Shown one piece after another: positions 62,424-64,000 of a stretch of DNA of 64,000 bases. How positions within the stretch are numbered: the stretch's first letter is position 1; every line of letters begins with the position of its first letter. The notes under the pieces are model-generated. The model saw only the letters and a list, made by a program, of their open reading frames with translations, was not told where the DNA came from and searched no databases. The position numbers and the translations under genes were made by a program. Source of the DNA: Octopus vulgaris (Eukaryota); assembly GCA_951406725.2 (NCBI GenBank), contig OX597820.1, positions 93,248,001 through 93,312,000 of the forward strand, given 5' to 3'.

Positions 62424-63062
62424 TAGGTAATAAGAACAATCCCGTAAAGATAAGATATAAAGAACAAAAACAAGAAGATAAAGTTAAAGGCTAGCTTGAT
62501 AAAAGCATGGTCAAATAACTCACATAGTACCGAAGAGATATTTTTAACAACACAGTCATACTTACACTCGTTCATTAGTAGCTAATGAGAGGAGATGGGA
62601 AGTACTTAATGAGGAGATGGGAAGAATGATGGACGTGTATTTAGATCTATCATAGGACGAACTGAATATATTGTTTACAGGAAAATAATACGAGATTTTA
62701 CAATTTATTTCATTTGGAATGTTATAAACTCTCTTTACATTACAATTTTCTGTAAACAGAAGGAAATTCCTTTGTTTCAAGGAGAGGCATTTTTCTAAAA
62801 GTTATGTGTTAAACGAAATCGCGCAGAAGACTTCCTGTTATAACATACACACTCGGAGCACAAACATTCATGCGCGCGAGCATTGGTGTTTATTTTTTAT
62901 AGGAAATGACTTATAAAGACAATTTATCATTAAATACCTTTTAGTGGAATACATAATTTATTCATGACGGCTGGTAATCTGTAACTTATGAATGAGTCAC
63001 TGTCAACCTTTTCCTTGAAAAAAAAAAAAATGAAAACAAGCATACAAACACATTTATACAGA

Positions 63063-63488
63063 TACATACATACATATATACACACATACATACATACATA
63101 CATACATACATACATACATACATACATACATACATACATACATACATACATACATACATACATACATACATACAAAATTACCTTGTTAATGTTGAAATTC
63201 CAATGAAGGAGCCTTGGATCTATGTTGGAAACCAACTCTTTCTCTATTGGCAAGAAATCTCTATATAAACGGCAGTTTGTCTTGAAATAAAACTGAACAA
63301 TGACATACATACATACATACATACATACATACATACACACGCATACATACATACATACATACACACGCATACATACATATATACACACACATACATACAT
63401 ACATACATACATACATACATACATACATACATACATACATACATACATACATACATACATACATACATACATACATACATGCATACAT
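63063..63488. repeat. Two (TACA)n microsatellites
   Basis: Directly visible; source of the MYVC/HTYI ORFs. Confidence 0.95.
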
Positions 63489-63489
63489 A

Positions 63490-63920
63490 AGGTAGTCTAT
63501 CATAGGCCAAAACCCAGATTACTAACTCCCACTTTGAGGGGTATGCGTTTGCAATCCAGGAATAGTAAGTATCCACCAAATATCTGATGAACAAAACGGA
63601 CGGAGATGCAGGTAAAGCACCAAAATGTGATAACCGATGCAGACATTGTGGGGTTAACACCGAAGATATCGCTCACATCATAAGCAGTTGACCGAAAACA
63701 TCATTGCGGTATTATCTACCGATGAGACATGATGCTGTGTAGTTAGGACACTCTATAATGAGATCGGTCGGTAGTATAATCCCGAGGCCAAAGAAATAAG
63801 AACCCTCAGTATATATGAGGCCATAGCCACTCATAATAAGAAGAAGGACTGGTGAAATGTCCCAGTGAAAATCTCAATAAAATCTAAACACAACAGACTT
63901 GTAGTTCAGAACTACACCTT
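63490..63920 (+). mobile_element. R4/Dong-clade LINE remnant, inverted relative to 61070-61760
   Basis: FEGYAFAIQE, KYLMNKTDGDAGKAPKCDNRCRHCGVNTEDIAHIISS and YYLPMRHDAV (CCHC knuckle plus RHD motif). Confidence 0.8.
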
Positions 63921-64000
63921 ACCAAAATAAATAAATAAATGTATGATAGCAATATATTCTAAATATAACTCAAAGAATATAACTAAAAGAGAAAGGAAGG

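Overview
AT-rich, repeat-dense eukaryotic DNA, almost certainly from an octopus (coleoid cephalopod), judging by its characteristic SINE, RTE LINE and microsatellite content. Nearly all ORFs in the supplied track are repeat or microsatellite artefacts. The one real gene found lies on the minus strand as tiny exons: 48985-48904, 34932-34839, 17375-17339 and 8051-7977. They splice in compatible phases into a type II membrane protein N-terminus (basic tail, TM anchor, coiled-coil stem) that resembles UDP-glucuronate decarboxylase/UDP-xylose synthase (UXS1); the catalytic exons would lie beyond the left edge. The main novelty is two homologous, apparently duplicated first coding exons 14 kb apart. 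Both encode RCKKxMQ plus a TM helix, end in phase 1 at the same position and sit in locally CpG-richer DNA, which suggests alternative promoters that swap the membrane anchor. Other contents: a solo LTR with an ACTT TSD, mariner/Tc1/piggyBac/Tigger/Helitron non-autonomous elements, RTE, R4/Dong and Tx1 LINE remnants, Penelope-type hammerhead ribozyme motifs, near-perfect hairpins, inverted SINE pairs and a CpG-depletion boundary near 47 kb.
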